Shown: positions 10,479-19,984 of the stretch, one piece after another
Position numbering within the stretch: the first letter of the stretch is position 1
How the letters are laid out: every line of letters starts with the position of its first letter
Source of the DNA: an uncultured Candidatus Altimarinota bacterium
GTDB lineage: Bacteria; Patescibacteriota; Gracilibacteria; CAIRYL01
Direction: 5' to 3'
Assembly: GCA_947311645.1 (NCBI GenBank)
Contig: CAMZKZ010000041.1
Span: forward strand, 1-38,616
Length of the DNA stretch: 38,616 nucleotides
Translations under genes and position numbers: made by a program
The notes under the pieces: generated by a model
Databases searched by the model: none
What the model saw: only the letters and a program-made list of their open reading frames with translations
Told to the model about the DNA's origin: nothing

Positions 10479-10756
10479 AATTTATTAAGTAAAATATTGT
10501 ATCCTCCTTCTCCCATTTGATTTTTCCATTGATTTACTCGTGAAACAGTAGTTGCAGAAAGCCCTGTTTTTTCTGCAGTTTTCCGCACAGAATCTCCTCC
10601 ATTTAAAAGCTTTGCAGCTTTCCATCGTTTTGACATTTCTGTAAGTTCGGAAATTGTACACAAATCTCTAAAAAATAAAGAAAATTCTTCTGGTGTTTCC
10701 AAATGGCTTATATCAGAAAAAAGCTCTGATAATTCTGTTGTTTTCCATTTATGCAT
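10463..10756 (-). CDS. TrpR-like YerC/YecD family DNA-binding protein
   Basis: 97 aa. The FFRDLCTISELTEMSKRWKAAKLL...RKTAEKTGLSATTVSRVNQW pattern matches Trp-repressor-like HTH proteins. Its 3' end overlaps the hisC start by 16 nt. Confidence 0.7.
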   Translation of the reverse strand: MHKWKTTELSELFSDISHLETPEEFSLFFRDLCTISELTEMSKRWKAAKLLNGGDSVRKTAEKTGLSATTVSRVNQWKNQMGEGGYNILLNKLCLQK

Positions 10757-10900
10757 ATAAATATAAAAAAAATAAGCGTGTTAATACATTAATACACTTC
10801 TATTTTTTTTACAAGAAAAAATAAAGAGATGAACATTCAAGGTTATATTAGACAACTTTGTAAAAATCTATAAATTTTTATCATTAAAAACAAATTTTAA

Positions 10901-10929
10901 TTGACAAAAGTCAAATAATGTTTTAATAT
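10901..10929 (+). promoter_or_regulatory. Sigma-70-like promoter candidate
   Basis: TTGACA (10901-10906), a 17-nt spacer, then TAATAT (10924-10929), about 43 nt upstream of the ATG at 10972. The -35 element lies inside the palindrome TTGAC-AAAA-GTCAA. Confidence 0.4.
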
Positions 10930-10971
10930 TTTCGTACAAAAACAATATATTTACAAATATCACACATACAT

Positions 10972-11259
10972 ATGGCTACTTTTCCCAACAACTCAGAAGA
11001 AAAAGAAATACTTATTGGTTTTATAGAAGAATCAGAGGTACAAGATTTTTCAACAAACATAAAATATAAAGAAAAAGTTGTTATTGCCTCAGTGGTGGTA
11101 AGTGCTCTTGTAATAGCAGGAGTGTTTGTATATGCAGTGCCAACTTTTATTTCAAGCGAACATAAAGAACAAATGACATATCGTGCAAGTATCAGCGAAC
11201 ATGCAGAAGAAGAAAAAGAAAAGACAGAAATTCTTCATGCCACATACGGAGAAGAATAA
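10972..11259 (+). CDS. Hypothetical single-pass membrane protein with acidic termini
   Basis: 95-aa ORF with ATG start, one hydrophobic helix (VVIASVVVSALVIAGVFVYAV) and a consensus-like promoter upstream. I recognise no family. Confidence 0.4.
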   Translation: MATFPNNSEEKEILIGFIEESEVQDFSTNIKYKEKVVIASVVVSALVIAGVFVYAVPTFISSEHKEQMTYRASISEHAEEEKEKTEILHATYGEE

Positions 11260-11267
11260 TAGAGTGT

Positions 11268-11510
11268 TTATGTATCACCTTTTGTATATTTTGAAGCACC
11301 ACTAAAAGCAGTATCCAACTGACCAAACATAAGCATAAACGAAAACCCAATAACGATAAATGCAATAATAACTATTGCAGTAATAGTTCCACCAGTTCCA
11401 AAAAATCGTTCTGCAAACGACCACTTCCCCATCGTTTTATATAAATAAAAACGATACTTAATAAGAGAAAAACCCAGTGCTAAACCAAGTAATCCATATA
11501 ATATATCCAT
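11268..11510 (-). CDS. Hypothetical small 2-TM membrane protein
   Basis: 80-aa ORF with ATG start and two clear hydrophobic helices. I recognise no family. Confidence 0.4.
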   Translation of the reverse strand: MDILYGLLGLALGFSLIKYRFYLYKTMGKWSFAERFFGTGGTITAIVIIAFIVIGFSFMLMFGQLDTAFSGASKYTKGDT

Positions 11511-11540
11511 ATTATTTTTCTATAAAAAAATCTAACTCTA

Positions 11541-12029
11541 TTACTCTTCTGTAATTATTGAGTTTTTATCAATATCTGCAGGGCGAACGCTAAAATTTTC
11601 TATATTTCCCAAACGAATTGTAGAATCCTTTAATCGAGAAGAAATTTGTAAATCACCACCGTCTTCAACAATTATTTTTGATTCTTTTACATATGAAGCT
11701 TTTAAAACAGCTCCTTTTTTTACAGTAATAGTAGAGTTTTTTATATACTCATTAATCTCTGTAATTCCAGACTCTATAACTAATGTTGAGCTTTTTACCG
11801 ATTTAAATTGTTGATTTGTTCGAATTTTGGCATTTTTATTTTTTACTTTTTGTGTAGATGCACCTTTAATAACAACAACAGATCCGTCTTCTTTCACAAA
11901 AATTTCTTCTGTTAAATCTGGACGATCTACATGTGCTGTATTTACTGGCAATGCTTGTGGGGAATCAGATTCCATACACCCAGAAAATCCAAAAACACAA
12001 AACGATAGTAGGGCTATTTTTTTAATCAT
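11541..12029 (-). CDS. Hypothetical lipoprotein
   Basis: Signal peptide with a lipobox (LLSFCVFGFSGC). The mature part is rich in repetitive beta-strand-like segments (KNSTITVKKGAVLKASYVKESKIIVEDGGDLQI). Confidence 0.55.
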   Translation of the reverse strand: MIKKIALLSFCVFGFSGCMESDSPQALPVNTAHVDRPDLTEEIFVKEDGSVVVIKGASTQKVKNKNAKIRTNQQFKSVKSSTLVIESGITEINEYIKNSTITVKKGAVLKASYVKESKIIVEDGGDLQISSRLKDSTIRLGNIENFSVRPADIDKNSIITEE

Positions 12030-12049
12030 ATTTTTAATAAAAGTAATAT

Positions 12050-14593
12050 TTATAATAATGTTGCTTGTGAATCAGGCTTATCTTCTTCAGTATCATTTTC
12101 ATCTTCTGCATTTTCTATACGAATAAGCGAAACAGAAGAAATTGCATCTCCTGCAGGGAGTCGCATCAAAATTACACCTTGAGTAGATCGTCCTTGAGAA
12201 GGAACTGATGATGATGATAAACGAATTGCTTGCCCAGATTTTGCAGAAAGAATTAAATCACATTCTATGTTTTCTTCTAATATTTTTGCAGAAACAACTA
12301 ATCCTGTTTTTTTTGTAACATTTGCTGTTTTAACTCCTGCACCACCTCTTCCTTGCTTACGATATTCAGATACTTTTGTCATTTTTCCAAGACCATTTTG
12401 CATGACAACCAACATAGTAGATGCAATATCTCCAGCTTTCACAATATCCATTCCAACAACTTTGTCTGATATTTTAAGTTTAATTCCTCGTACTCCTGCA
12501 GCAGTTCTTCCCATGCTTCTAATTTCATCTGCTTCAAATCGAATTCCTTTTCCTTCGCTTGTAACAATCATTATTTCATCTCCATTATTACACGGTTGTA
12601 CCCATCGCAATTGATCTCCATCTTTTAATCCAACTGCTTTTAATCCATTTTGCCGAATATTTGCAAATAACTCTGTTTCTGACCGTTTTACAACTCCACC
12701 CTCGGTACAAAAGAATAAATATTTTCCTGTGTTTTTTGTAGTATCCAAAATAGAGGTAATTGTTTCCCCGTCTTGCATATTTAAAAAGTTTACAACAGCT
12801 TTTCCTTTTGCAGTTCTTGTTGCTTCAGGAATTTCATATGCAGGAAGTGAAAATACTCGACCATATGATGTAAAATACAATAGATTATTATGATTTGATG
12901 TAAAAAGAGAAATCATAAGTTCGTCATCACTTTTTGCTGCAGACCCTTGTTTTCCTTTTCCACCTCGTGCTTGTGATTTATATGAATCAGGAGAAAGTCT
13001 TTTAATATATCCACTTTGTGAAAGTGTAACAATCATTGGTTCATTTGGAAGAATATCCTTTGCAGAAATTTCACCAAGCGCATGATCAATAATTCTTGTT
13101 TTTCGTTCATCTCCATATTCATCTTTAATTTCAAGAAATTCTGTTACCATTATTTCTTTGATTCGCTCTGGTCTTGCTAAAATATCTAAACAATCTGCAA
13201 TAAATGCTAATTTTTCTTTTAGCTCATCTTCTAGTCGTTTTCTTTCTAAACCTGCTAATGCTTGTAGTCTCATTGCTAAAATTGCATTTGCTTGAATTTC
13301 AGAAAAATGAAATAACTCTATCAATCGTTCTCGTGCAATATCTCTGTTTTCAGAAGAACGAATCAAGGCAATAATTTCATCTATATGATCAAGTGCTTTT
13401 GTTAATCCTTCTAATATATGTGCTCTTGCCTGTGCGATACGAAGCTCATATTGTGTTCGTCGCGTAATAACAACTTTTCGATGATCAAGAAATTCTTCTA
13501 AAATTGAAATTAAATCAAGTAATTTGGGCTGTCGTCCATTGTCTACAAGTGCAATAAAATTACACCCAAATGAAGACTGAAGTTGAGTATTTTTATAGAT
13601 CAAGTTAAGTATTTTTTTCGGAAATGCATCTTTTTTCAACTCTATTACAATTCGAATTCCTTCTTTATTTGATTCATCTCGAAGTGCAGATACTCCTTCA
13701 ATTATTTTTTCTCGTACAAGATGTGCAATTTTTTCTACCAGTGTTGCTTTATTTACTTGATACGGCAACTCACTAATAATAATTTGTGCTTTTCCTGTTC
13801 GTGTTTCTGAAATTTCTGCTTTTCCACGCATTACAATTGAACCTCTTCCTGTTGCATATGCAGTCTTAATTGCCTCTTTGTCATAAATTTCTCCAGATGT
13901 TGGGAAATCAGGACCTTTAATAAACTGCATAATATCTTCTAGTGTTGCATCAGGATTTTCTGCTAAATGCAATAATCCATCTATAACCTCTGTTAAATTA
14001 TGCGGTGGAATATTTGTTGCCATACCTACAGCAATCCCCATTACCCCATTTAATAAAAGGTTAGGAACACGCGAAGGAAGAACTGTTGGCTCTTGTTGAG
14101 AACCATCATAATTTTCTTGATATGTTACAGTATCTTTTTCAATATCTGCAAGAATCGTTTCTGTAATAGGTTGCATTTTTGCTTCTGTATACCGCATTGC
14201 GGCTGCATTATCTCCATCAATTGAACCAAAGTTCCCTTGTCCATTTACCAGCATATACCGCAAAGAGAAATATTGCGCCATACGAACCATTGCCTCATAA
14301 ATAGAACTGTCTCCATGTGGATGATATTTCCCCATTACATCTCCAACTACAGTTGCAGATTTTCTAAATTTTGCTCGCGAAGTAAGCCCATTTTTATGCA
14401 TAACATATAAAATACGCCGATGAACTGGTTTTAATCCATCTCTAACATCTGGGAGAGCTCGAGAAATAATCACACTCATCGCATATGAGATATATGATTC
14501 TTTCATTTCTGTACATACATCTCGTGAAATGAGACGCGGATCATGTACTTCTGGAAGGTCTAAACTTTGGCTTTCTTGGTTATTATTCGTCAT
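12050..14593 (-). CDS. gyrA: DNA gyrase subunit A
   Basis: 847 aa with [27 protein letters not shown], the [17 protein letters not shown], active-site AAMRYTE, a C-terminal beta-pinwheel and an acidic tail. Confidence 0.97.
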   Translation of the reverse strand: MTNNNQESQSLDLPEVHDPRLISRDVCTEMKESYISYAMSVIISRALPDVRDGLKPVHRRILYVMHKNGLTSRAKFRKSATVVGDVMGKYHPHGDSSIYEAMVRMAQYFSLRYMLVNGQGNFGSIDGDNAAAMRYTEAKMQPITETILADIEKDTVTYQENYDGSQQEPTVLPSRVPNLLLNGVMGIAVGMATNIPPHNLTEVIDGLLHLAENPDATLEDIMQFIKGPDFPTSGEIYDKEAIKTAYATGRGSIVMRGKAEISETRTGKAQIIISELPYQVNKATLVEKIAHLVREKIIEGVSALRDESNKEGIRIVIELKKDAFPKKILNLIYKNTQLQSSFGCNFIALVDNGRQPKLLDLISILEEFLDHRKVVITRRTQYELRIAQARAHILEGLTKALDHIDEIIALIRSSENRDIARERLIELFHFSEIQANAILAMRLQALAGLERKRLEDELKEKLAFIADCLDILARPERIKEIMVTEFLEIKDEYGDERKTRIIDHALGEISAKDILPNEPMIVTLSQSGYIKRLSPDSYKSQARGGKGKQGSAAKSDDELMISLFTSNHNNLLYFTSYGRVFSLPAYEIPEATRTAKGKAVVNFLNMQDGETITSILDTTKNTGKYLFFCTEGGVVKRSETELFANIRQNGLKAVGLKDGDQLRWVQPCNNGDEIMIVTSEGKGIRFEADEIRSMGRTAAGVRGIKLKISDKVVGMDIVKAGDIASTMLVVMQNGLGKMTKVSEYRKQGRGGAGVKTANVTKKTGLVVSAKILEENIECDLILSAKSGQAIRLSSSSVPSQGRSTQGVILMRLPAGDAISSVSLIRIENAEDENDTEEDKPDSQATLL

Positions 14594-14648
14594 TTAATTT
14601 ATATAAATTAATACATCTGAAATCATAGTAGCATATAAAATATTTTTT

Positions 14649-14677
14649 TTGTAATTATAAAATCTTCATGATAGAAT
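14649..14677 (+). promoter_or_regulatory. Sigma-70-like promoter candidate for the MazG-like/GT2 genes
   Basis: TTGTAA (14649-14654), a 17-nt spacer, then TAGAAT (14672-14677), about 34 nt upstream of the ATG at 14711. Confidence 0.4.
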
Positions 14678-14710
14678 TTTTACAATATACTTCTTCAATA
14701 TATAAAATAT

Positions 14711-15142
14711 ATGACTGATACAAAACAACTTTCTTTTCAAGAAATTATTTCTTCTGTTGAAGAATTTCATGACGCATTTGGTATTGAAAATAAATATACT
14801 CCAACTCTTACAGATAAAGACACTGCAATGTTGCGGTACAAACTTATGAGAGAGGAAAATGAAGAATATTTAGAAGCATGCGAAAATAACGATATTGTTG
14901 AAATTGCAGATGCACTTGGAGACCAGCTTTATATACTCTGTGGAACAATTTTAAAACATGGATTACAGGATAAAATAGAAGAAGTATTTACAGAAATACA
15001 ACGAAGCAACATGTCTAAATTGGACAAAAACGGAAAACCTATTATAAACGATGGAATTATTGATTCAACTCGACCAGTAGGAAAAGTTTTAAAAAGTGAT
15101 CAATACTCGAAACCAAATATTACAGATATTTTACACAAATAA
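14711..15142 (+). CDS. MazG-like nucleotide pyrophosphohydrolase family protein
   Basis: 143-aa all-helical ORF with the EExxE...ExxD metal-binding pattern (REENEEYLEACENNDIVEIADALGDQLY). Confidence 0.65.
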   Translation: MTDTKQLSFQEIISSVEEFHDAFGIENKYTPTLTDKDTAMLRYKLMREENEEYLEACENNDIVEIADALGDQLYILCGTILKHGLQDKIEEVFTEIQRSNMSKLDKNGKPIINDGIIDSTRPVGKVLKSDQYSKPNITDILHK

Positions 15143-15150
15143 AGACTCAC

Positions 15151-16350
15151 ATGAATAGAAACAAATCTCTTCGATGGATTCAATTTTTCCGATATATCGT
15201 TACTGGAACACTTACGACACTTATAGATCTTCTTGTTTTTCACACCTTATATATACGGTTTGATTATTCAAAAAATACTGCTGTTATTTTTGCTTTTATT
15301 TTAGCACTTTTATTTAGTTTTATAGTAAATAAAAAATGGACATTTAAGGGAAATCAAGAAAATACCCATACCAATTGGCATGTTTCGCAATTTATAAAAT
15401 TTATTTTTGTTGCAGGGTTTGGACTCTTAATAACACTTCTCTGTGTGCATATATTTATAAATATATTGGAACTTCCCCCTATTCTTTCAAAACTTGCTGC
15501 TTCTGCTGTTGTATTTGTTTGGAACTTTCTTGCAAATTCTTTCTGGACATTTAGAACCACTACAGAAGAAACTTCTATAAAACCATTACTTCCCGAGAAA
15601 AAATCTTTTCCATTTGAACTTTCTATTGTTATTCCTGCATATAATGAATCAGAAAGAATTATACCAACCTTACAATCAGCCCTACAATATTTTATATCTC
15701 AAAATATAAACTTTGAAATTATTGTAGTAGATGATGGAAGTTCGGATAATACCGCAGACATTTGTACCGAAATTTTTACATCAACACAACATCCATCTCA
15801 TTATAAAGTTATTCAGCTTTCTCAAAATAAAGGAAAAGGATTTGCAATTAAAACAGGAGTACTTGAAAGCAAAGGACGCCATATTCTGTTTTGTGATGCA
15901 GATGGTGCAACACCATTTCACCAATACAAAATATTACGAGATGCAATGCTCTTTTCTGAAATAGCTATTGGGTCACGATATAAAGACCGAAGTACTGTAG
16001 AAAAAAAACAACCACTTTATAGAATTATAATTTCTCGAACGGTAAATATTATTGCACAAATATTTATTATTGAAGGAATTGCAGATACACAATGTGGATT
16101 TAAATTATTCCGAAATGATGCTGGAAAACGAATTTTTAAAAAACAAAAAATCGAACGATTTGCCTTTGATATAGAATTTCTTATGCTCGCAAAAACATAC
16201 GGATATAGAATCTCTGAAATTCCTGTAATATGGATAGATAAAGATGGGTCAAAAGTAAATGGATTACGCGACGGAATGCGTATTTTACGAGATTTTGTTT
16301 TAATTAAGTTTTATATGATGTTTGGATTTTATAAAAAAAACTCTGAGTAA
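15151..16350 (+). CDS. GtrA-like membrane domain fused to a GT2 polyprenyl-phosphate glycosyltransferase
   Basis: The N-terminal ~135 aa has 4 TM helices with GtrA motifs (NKKWTFK, NFLANSFWTFR). The C-terminal GT2 domain has SIVIPAYNESERI, VVDDGSSDNT and CDADGATP. Confidence 0.8.
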   Translation: MNRNKSLRWIQFFRYIVTGTLTTLIDLLVFHTLYIRFDYSKNTAVIFAFILALLFSFIVNKKWTFKGNQENTHTNWHVSQFIKFIFVAGFGLLITLLCVHIFINILELPPILSKLAASAVVFVWNFLANSFWTFRTTTEETSIKPLLPEKKSFPFELSIVIPAYNESERIIPTLQSALQYFISQNINFEIIVVDDGSSDNTADICTEIFTSTQHPSHYKVIQLSQNKGKGFAIKTGVLESKGRHILFCDADGATPFHQYKILRDAMLFSEIAIGSRYKDRSTVEKKQPLYRIIISRTVNIIAQIFIIEGIADTQCGFKLFRNDAGKRIFKKQKIERFAFDIEFLMLAKTYGYRISEIPVIWIDKDGSKVNGLRDGMRILRDFVLIKFYMMFGFYKKNSE

Positions 16351-16366
16351 TATCAGAGTTTTTTTA
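16333..16366. terminator. Bidirectional hairpin terminator between convergent genes
   Basis: A-run+CTCTGA (to 16346), loop GTAATA, then TCAGAG+T-run (from 16353). The hairpin overlaps both stop codons. Confidence 0.55.
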
Positions 16367-16988
16367 TATTTTCTGGGGCTGCGCCACTTTTTAAACTTTT
16401 TGCTAATTTTACTGCCTTTAGCGGTGTCATATATGAAAACTGCGTTGTTTTCTTTTTTGCAGGTTCTTCAACTCGTATATTTGAAGCTTTTTTACATCTC
16501 CCTTGGCATACATGGCTTTTTTTATATGTAATTCCATTGTTTTCAAATTCTTCAACAGAGGGGGGTATATCATTTTCGTTACACATACGCTCCCAAATAT
16601 ATGGACCATAATGTTCTCCGCATGATTTTTTACTTGCACAGACTGATAATATGAGTTTTCGTGGAGATTTTTTCTTTTTTGGTTTTGTTTTTTTTGTAAC
16701 AGGTTTTACAATCGTATTTTTACTATTCCCTGTTTTATTCTCAGTTGTATTCTTTTTTTTCTGAGGTTTATATTTATTATTACCCTGTTCTCTCTCTCTC
16801 CCGCTCTCTCCCGCTCTCTCTCTTTTTTCCTTTTTTTCTTCTTTTATACTTCCTGTTGTCTTTGCTGTTATCTTTCTTACAGTCTTTCCTTTCGGGATTT
16901 TTTTTGTAATTTTTCTTTCAAAGGCTTCAAGTTTTTGTAATGCATCAACCTTTTTATTATCATCTACTTTGGTATTATGCTGTGTCAT
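16353..16988 (-). CDS. Lysine-rich protein with a C-terminal thioredoxin-like [2Fe-2S] ferredoxin-type domain
   Basis: The C-terminal ~100 aa shows a Cys pattern CASKKSC ... CQGRC and surrounding residues (ILSVC, NIRVEE, SYMTPLKAVKLAKSLKSG) like thioredoxin-like ferredoxins. The N-terminal ~130 aa is K/E/T-rich and low complexity. The track start at 17054 is TTG, so I use the first ATG at 16988. This is the only gene here ending in TGA. Confidence 0.45.
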   Translation of the reverse strand: MTQHNTKVDDNKKVDALQKLEAFERKITKKIPKGKTVRKITAKTTGSIKEEKKEKRERAGESGREREQGNNKYKPQKKKNTTENKTGNSKNTIVKPVTKKTKPKKKKSPRKLILSVCASKKSCGEHYGPYIWERMCNENDIPPSVEEFENNGITYKKSHVCQGRCKKASNIRVEEPAKKKTTQFSYMTPLKAVKLAKSLKSGAAPENIKKL

Positions 16989-17040
16989 ATGGGTAAATAT
17001 GTAAATATATAATTTTATACTAAAGAGTATATTTTTAATC

Positions 17041-18504
17041 TTATTTTTTCTCAAGAGATTTTACTAACTGTTTAAAATAATTTCCACGCTCTTCAAAATT
17101 TTTATATTGATCAAAGCTTGATGCACTTGGCGAAAATAAACAAATCGATTTATGAGAAGAAAGAGATGCTACATGCATGAGAAGATCTTTTAGGTCTTTT
17201 TTATATATTATTGTTTTTGCTTTTTTTTCTTCTGATTGCAGGCTCTGTAATTTTTTTTCTAAAATTTTTCCTGTCTCTCCTGTTAATAAAATATTTTTCA
17301 CCGATGATTCGACTATAAAATCAATTAACTCGTCTAAACACACTCCTCTATCGAATCCTCCCAATAGTATTGTTTCAAAAGAAGCATTATATATTTTTTC
17401 TAATTTTTCCATAGCACGCATTCCAGAAATAGTAGAAGATGGAATGGTTGAAATAGAATCATTTACATACAGTATTGTTTTGTTTTTACGAGGAGAAACA
17501 GGGGTAAGAACTTCTAATCTATGAGGTAGTGAGGGAAAAGAATTTACACATTGCACAAACTCATTTTCATTTTTCCATAATTCATATATATCACAAATTA
17601 TTTTTACAACACGAATAGTATCTTTATGCAAAGAAATATTTTGCATACTTTCATAATATGATTTTGAATCTTCTCCAAAGTAATATTTATTTTTTCGTTT
17701 ATTTGAACACTCTAATGCTGTATTTTCAAGAAATTTTTTATTTTCAATCGAAATATAATTATCAAATATTCCCTTTGTATTATCGCCTATTGTAAAAATT
17801 CTTTTTTTTGCATTAAAATAGTGCTCTGCATTTTTATAATAATCTAAATGTTCTGGGAAAAGATTTAATAATACCGCAATATATGGACCAACTGTTATTT
17901 TTTCAAGCTGATGCGATGAAAATTCATGAATAACTATTGCATCTTCTGTTATATTTTCTAGTGTATCAAAGACTGGAACTCCAATATTTCCCACCAGAAA
18001 TGTATTTTTTCCAGCCGATAAAAAGAGATGATGAAGTAAGCTTGCTGTTGTACTCTTTCCCTTTGTTCCTGTAATTCCTATTGTTTGCGATCCGAAAAAC
18101 TGCAGAAATAAATCTGAAAGCGAAGTAATATTAAAACGATGAATATCATCATCAGTAATATTTTCATGAAAACATGAGACACCTGGTGATTTCACTGTAA
18201 TATCTGATTCTCCTAAATTTTTCAAATATCCTTCTCCTGAATATACAATAATTTCTATATTCTCTCTCTTTTGTGCATTAGTATTTTTCTGACATTGCAA
18301 GAGGTACTCATCTAAAATATCTTGAGAAAGATATTTATCAAAAATAAAAATTTTATTTATATGTATCTCTTCACGCAATTGCATTCGCAATAAAAAGGAT
18401 AAAAAAGATTTTCCTTCTTTACCAAACCCTAAAATTCCAAATGTTTTATATTGAGAAAGCGAAGTAATAAGATTTTTCAATGATGAATGGGAAACATGCG
18501 ACAT
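17041..18504 (-). CDS. murD: MurD-like Mur ligase (UDP-MurNAc-L-Ala--glutamate ligase), divergent
   Basis: N-terminal Rossmann GILGFGKEGKS, ATP P-loop GITGTKGKSTT and LPHRLEV. The usual MurD NDSKATN block reads NDSISTIP. The track start at 18525 is TTG, and the first ATG is at 18504. Confidence 0.7.
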   Translation of the reverse strand: MSHVSHSSLKNLITSLSQYKTFGILGFGKEGKSFLSFLLRMQLREEIHINKIFIFDKYLSQDILDEYLLQCQKNTNAQKRENIEIIVYSGEGYLKNLGESDITVKSPGVSCFHENITDDDIHRFNITSLSDLFLQFFGSQTIGITGTKGKSTTASLLHHLFLSAGKNTFLVGNIGVPVFDTLENITEDAIVIHEFSSHQLEKITVGPYIAVLLNLFPEHLDYYKNAEHYFNAKKRIFTIGDNTKGIFDNYISIENKKFLENTALECSNKRKNKYYFGEDSKSYYESMQNISLHKDTIRVVKIICDIYELWKNENEFVQCVNSFPSLPHRLEVLTPVSPRKNKTILYVNDSISTIPSSTISGMRAMEKLEKIYNASFETILLGGFDRGVCLDELIDFIVESSVKNILLTGETGKILEKKLQSLQSEEKKAKTIIYKKDLKDLLMHVASLSSHKSICLFSPSASSFDQYKNFEERGNYFKQLVKSLEKK

Positions 18505-18517
18505 ACGAATAGATAAA

Positions 18518-19963
18518 TTATACAAACTCTCTTTGTATTACATCAAAAAATTCACTTGGAATTTTATCAAAATTATTATTTTCAGTATCAATTTTTGTAA
18601 GCTCTTGCGCATTACATAATACTTCATACTCTTCAAACCCATCACTTGAATATGTTGTAATGTATTCTTGTAATAAAAATGGAAAATCTTCAATAGAGTC
18701 TACTTCATACTCGTATAAACTCATTCGCAATGCTAAATTTATTTCAGAATATGTTCCCACGCATTCAAAAGGCTTCACTCGCGATTCATCAACTAAGTCA
18801 TGAAACATTTCTTTCATTTCTGTATTTTCGAAGAGATCTTGTCCAAAAATTTTCTTCATATTCTCTTTTCCAACAAATGGAAATAAAATAATATATGCAA
18901 ATAAACATTTTGGACACGCATTACACCATATATCTTTTTTACTTCCCGCATTACAGCTCTTAAAAATTGGGTAATTTTCTGGAAACTCTGCAAATATTTT
19001 TGCAATTTGAATTTCTGATAATGGTCGTAAAAAACTCATATATTCCATGTACGGATGAATATATTTATTGATAAATGTTCTAAAATCATCTTCAAATTGC
19101 AAACTTTTTGAAAATTGATGATTTACTTTAAGACCTTCAAATACAACATTTTCTTCATTTGCACTTGATTCATTTGAAAGAAAAATATATTTCTTTTTAT
19201 AAAGCAATGATGTAAGTACTGTAATAAATCCAAGCAATGCAGAAAACGGAACATGTCCATTTAAAAATCCATTTGCATTACATTCTATAATTTTTTTATC
19301 TAAAATTCGCTGAACCGCAATATTTCCAATTTTTTCATCAGATTCTTCTGCTTTTACAAATAATCGCTTTGTTGCTTCAATTGGATTTACCGCAAACAGA
19401 GTAATATTTTCCGAGAAATCTTTCTTGAGTAATTCATAACTTACAATCGAATCTTTTCCTCCTCCAATCGGAAGGAGTATTTCTTCAGAAAGCAAAATAT
19501 TTGAAAGCGGTGCAAATTTTGATTCTTTTTTTTCTAATTTTTCATCTTTCCCATAGCTAAATTGAAAAAAATCATCTTGTGAAACAGCTATTTTATTCAC
19601 ATACATAAACTCACCCAATCCATTATAAAACAAATTTTTAAACCAATTTTCTTGATATTTATCTAAAAACCCAGTATGTATTTCAATAATTTTAGCACAA
19701 GAAATTTTCCAATAATTTACCATTTCTGCAACTCCTAAATAAAAAATTGCAGCAGAAAAATCCTCTGCAGGAAGTGTTTCTGTAGTAATTTTGGGAAGAG
19801 AGATAGTATGTGTAAATTCTAAATTTTCACAGTCTTCATTACTCGTATCTGCATGAATTGTATAACAATAAGAAATACAAAGAAGGGTATCGGATTCTAT
19901 AACTTTAATTTCATCAAATGAAAATTTAGTATATTTTTTTCGTAAATCTTTAAATTTTTCCAT
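18518..19963 (-). CDS. PP-loop (adenine nucleotide alpha-hydrolase-like) protein; candidate MurL-type glycopeptidyl-glutamate epimerase
   Basis: 481 aa with the PP-loop-like LLPIGGGKDSIV and a Cys cluster CNAGSKKDIWCNACPKC. It lies 13 nt upstream of the murD-like ATG. The functional call is inferred from gene context. Confidence 0.4.
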   Translation of the reverse strand: MEKFKDLRKKYTKFSFDEIKVIESDTLLCISYCYTIHADTSNEDCENLEFTHTISLPKITTETLPAEDFSAAIFYLGVAEMVNYWKISCAKIIEIHTGFLDKYQENWFKNLFYNGLGEFMYVNKIAVSQDDFFQFSYGKDEKLEKKESKFAPLSNILLSEEILLPIGGGKDSIVSYELLKKDFSENITLFAVNPIEATKRLFVKAEESDEKIGNIAVQRILDKKIIECNANGFLNGHVPFSALLGFITVLTSLLYKKKYIFLSNESSANEENVVFEGLKVNHQFSKSLQFEDDFRTFINKYIHPYMEYMSFLRPLSEIQIAKIFAEFPENYPIFKSCNAGSKKDIWCNACPKCLFAYIILFPFVGKENMKKIFGQDLFENTEMKEMFHDLVDESRVKPFECVGTYSEINLALRMSLYEYEVDSIEDFPFLLQEYITTYSSDGFEEYEVLCNAQELTKIDTENNNFDKIPSEFFDVIQREFV

Positions 19964-19984
19964 AATAGTATTTTAGAGTTTGTT

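Noticed and set aside
15151-16350. GtrA-GT2 fusion considered as a novel architecture.
   Set aside because: As far as I recall, fusions of GtrA-like membrane domains with polyprenyl-phosphate GT2 synthases are already common in bacteria and archaea.
16789-16823. CT-rich tandem repeat considered as a CRISPR-like or intergenic repeat array.
   Set aside because: There are only two 10-nt units flanked by (TC)n. The repeat lies wholly inside a CDS and encodes the RE/GE-rich low-complexity tract.
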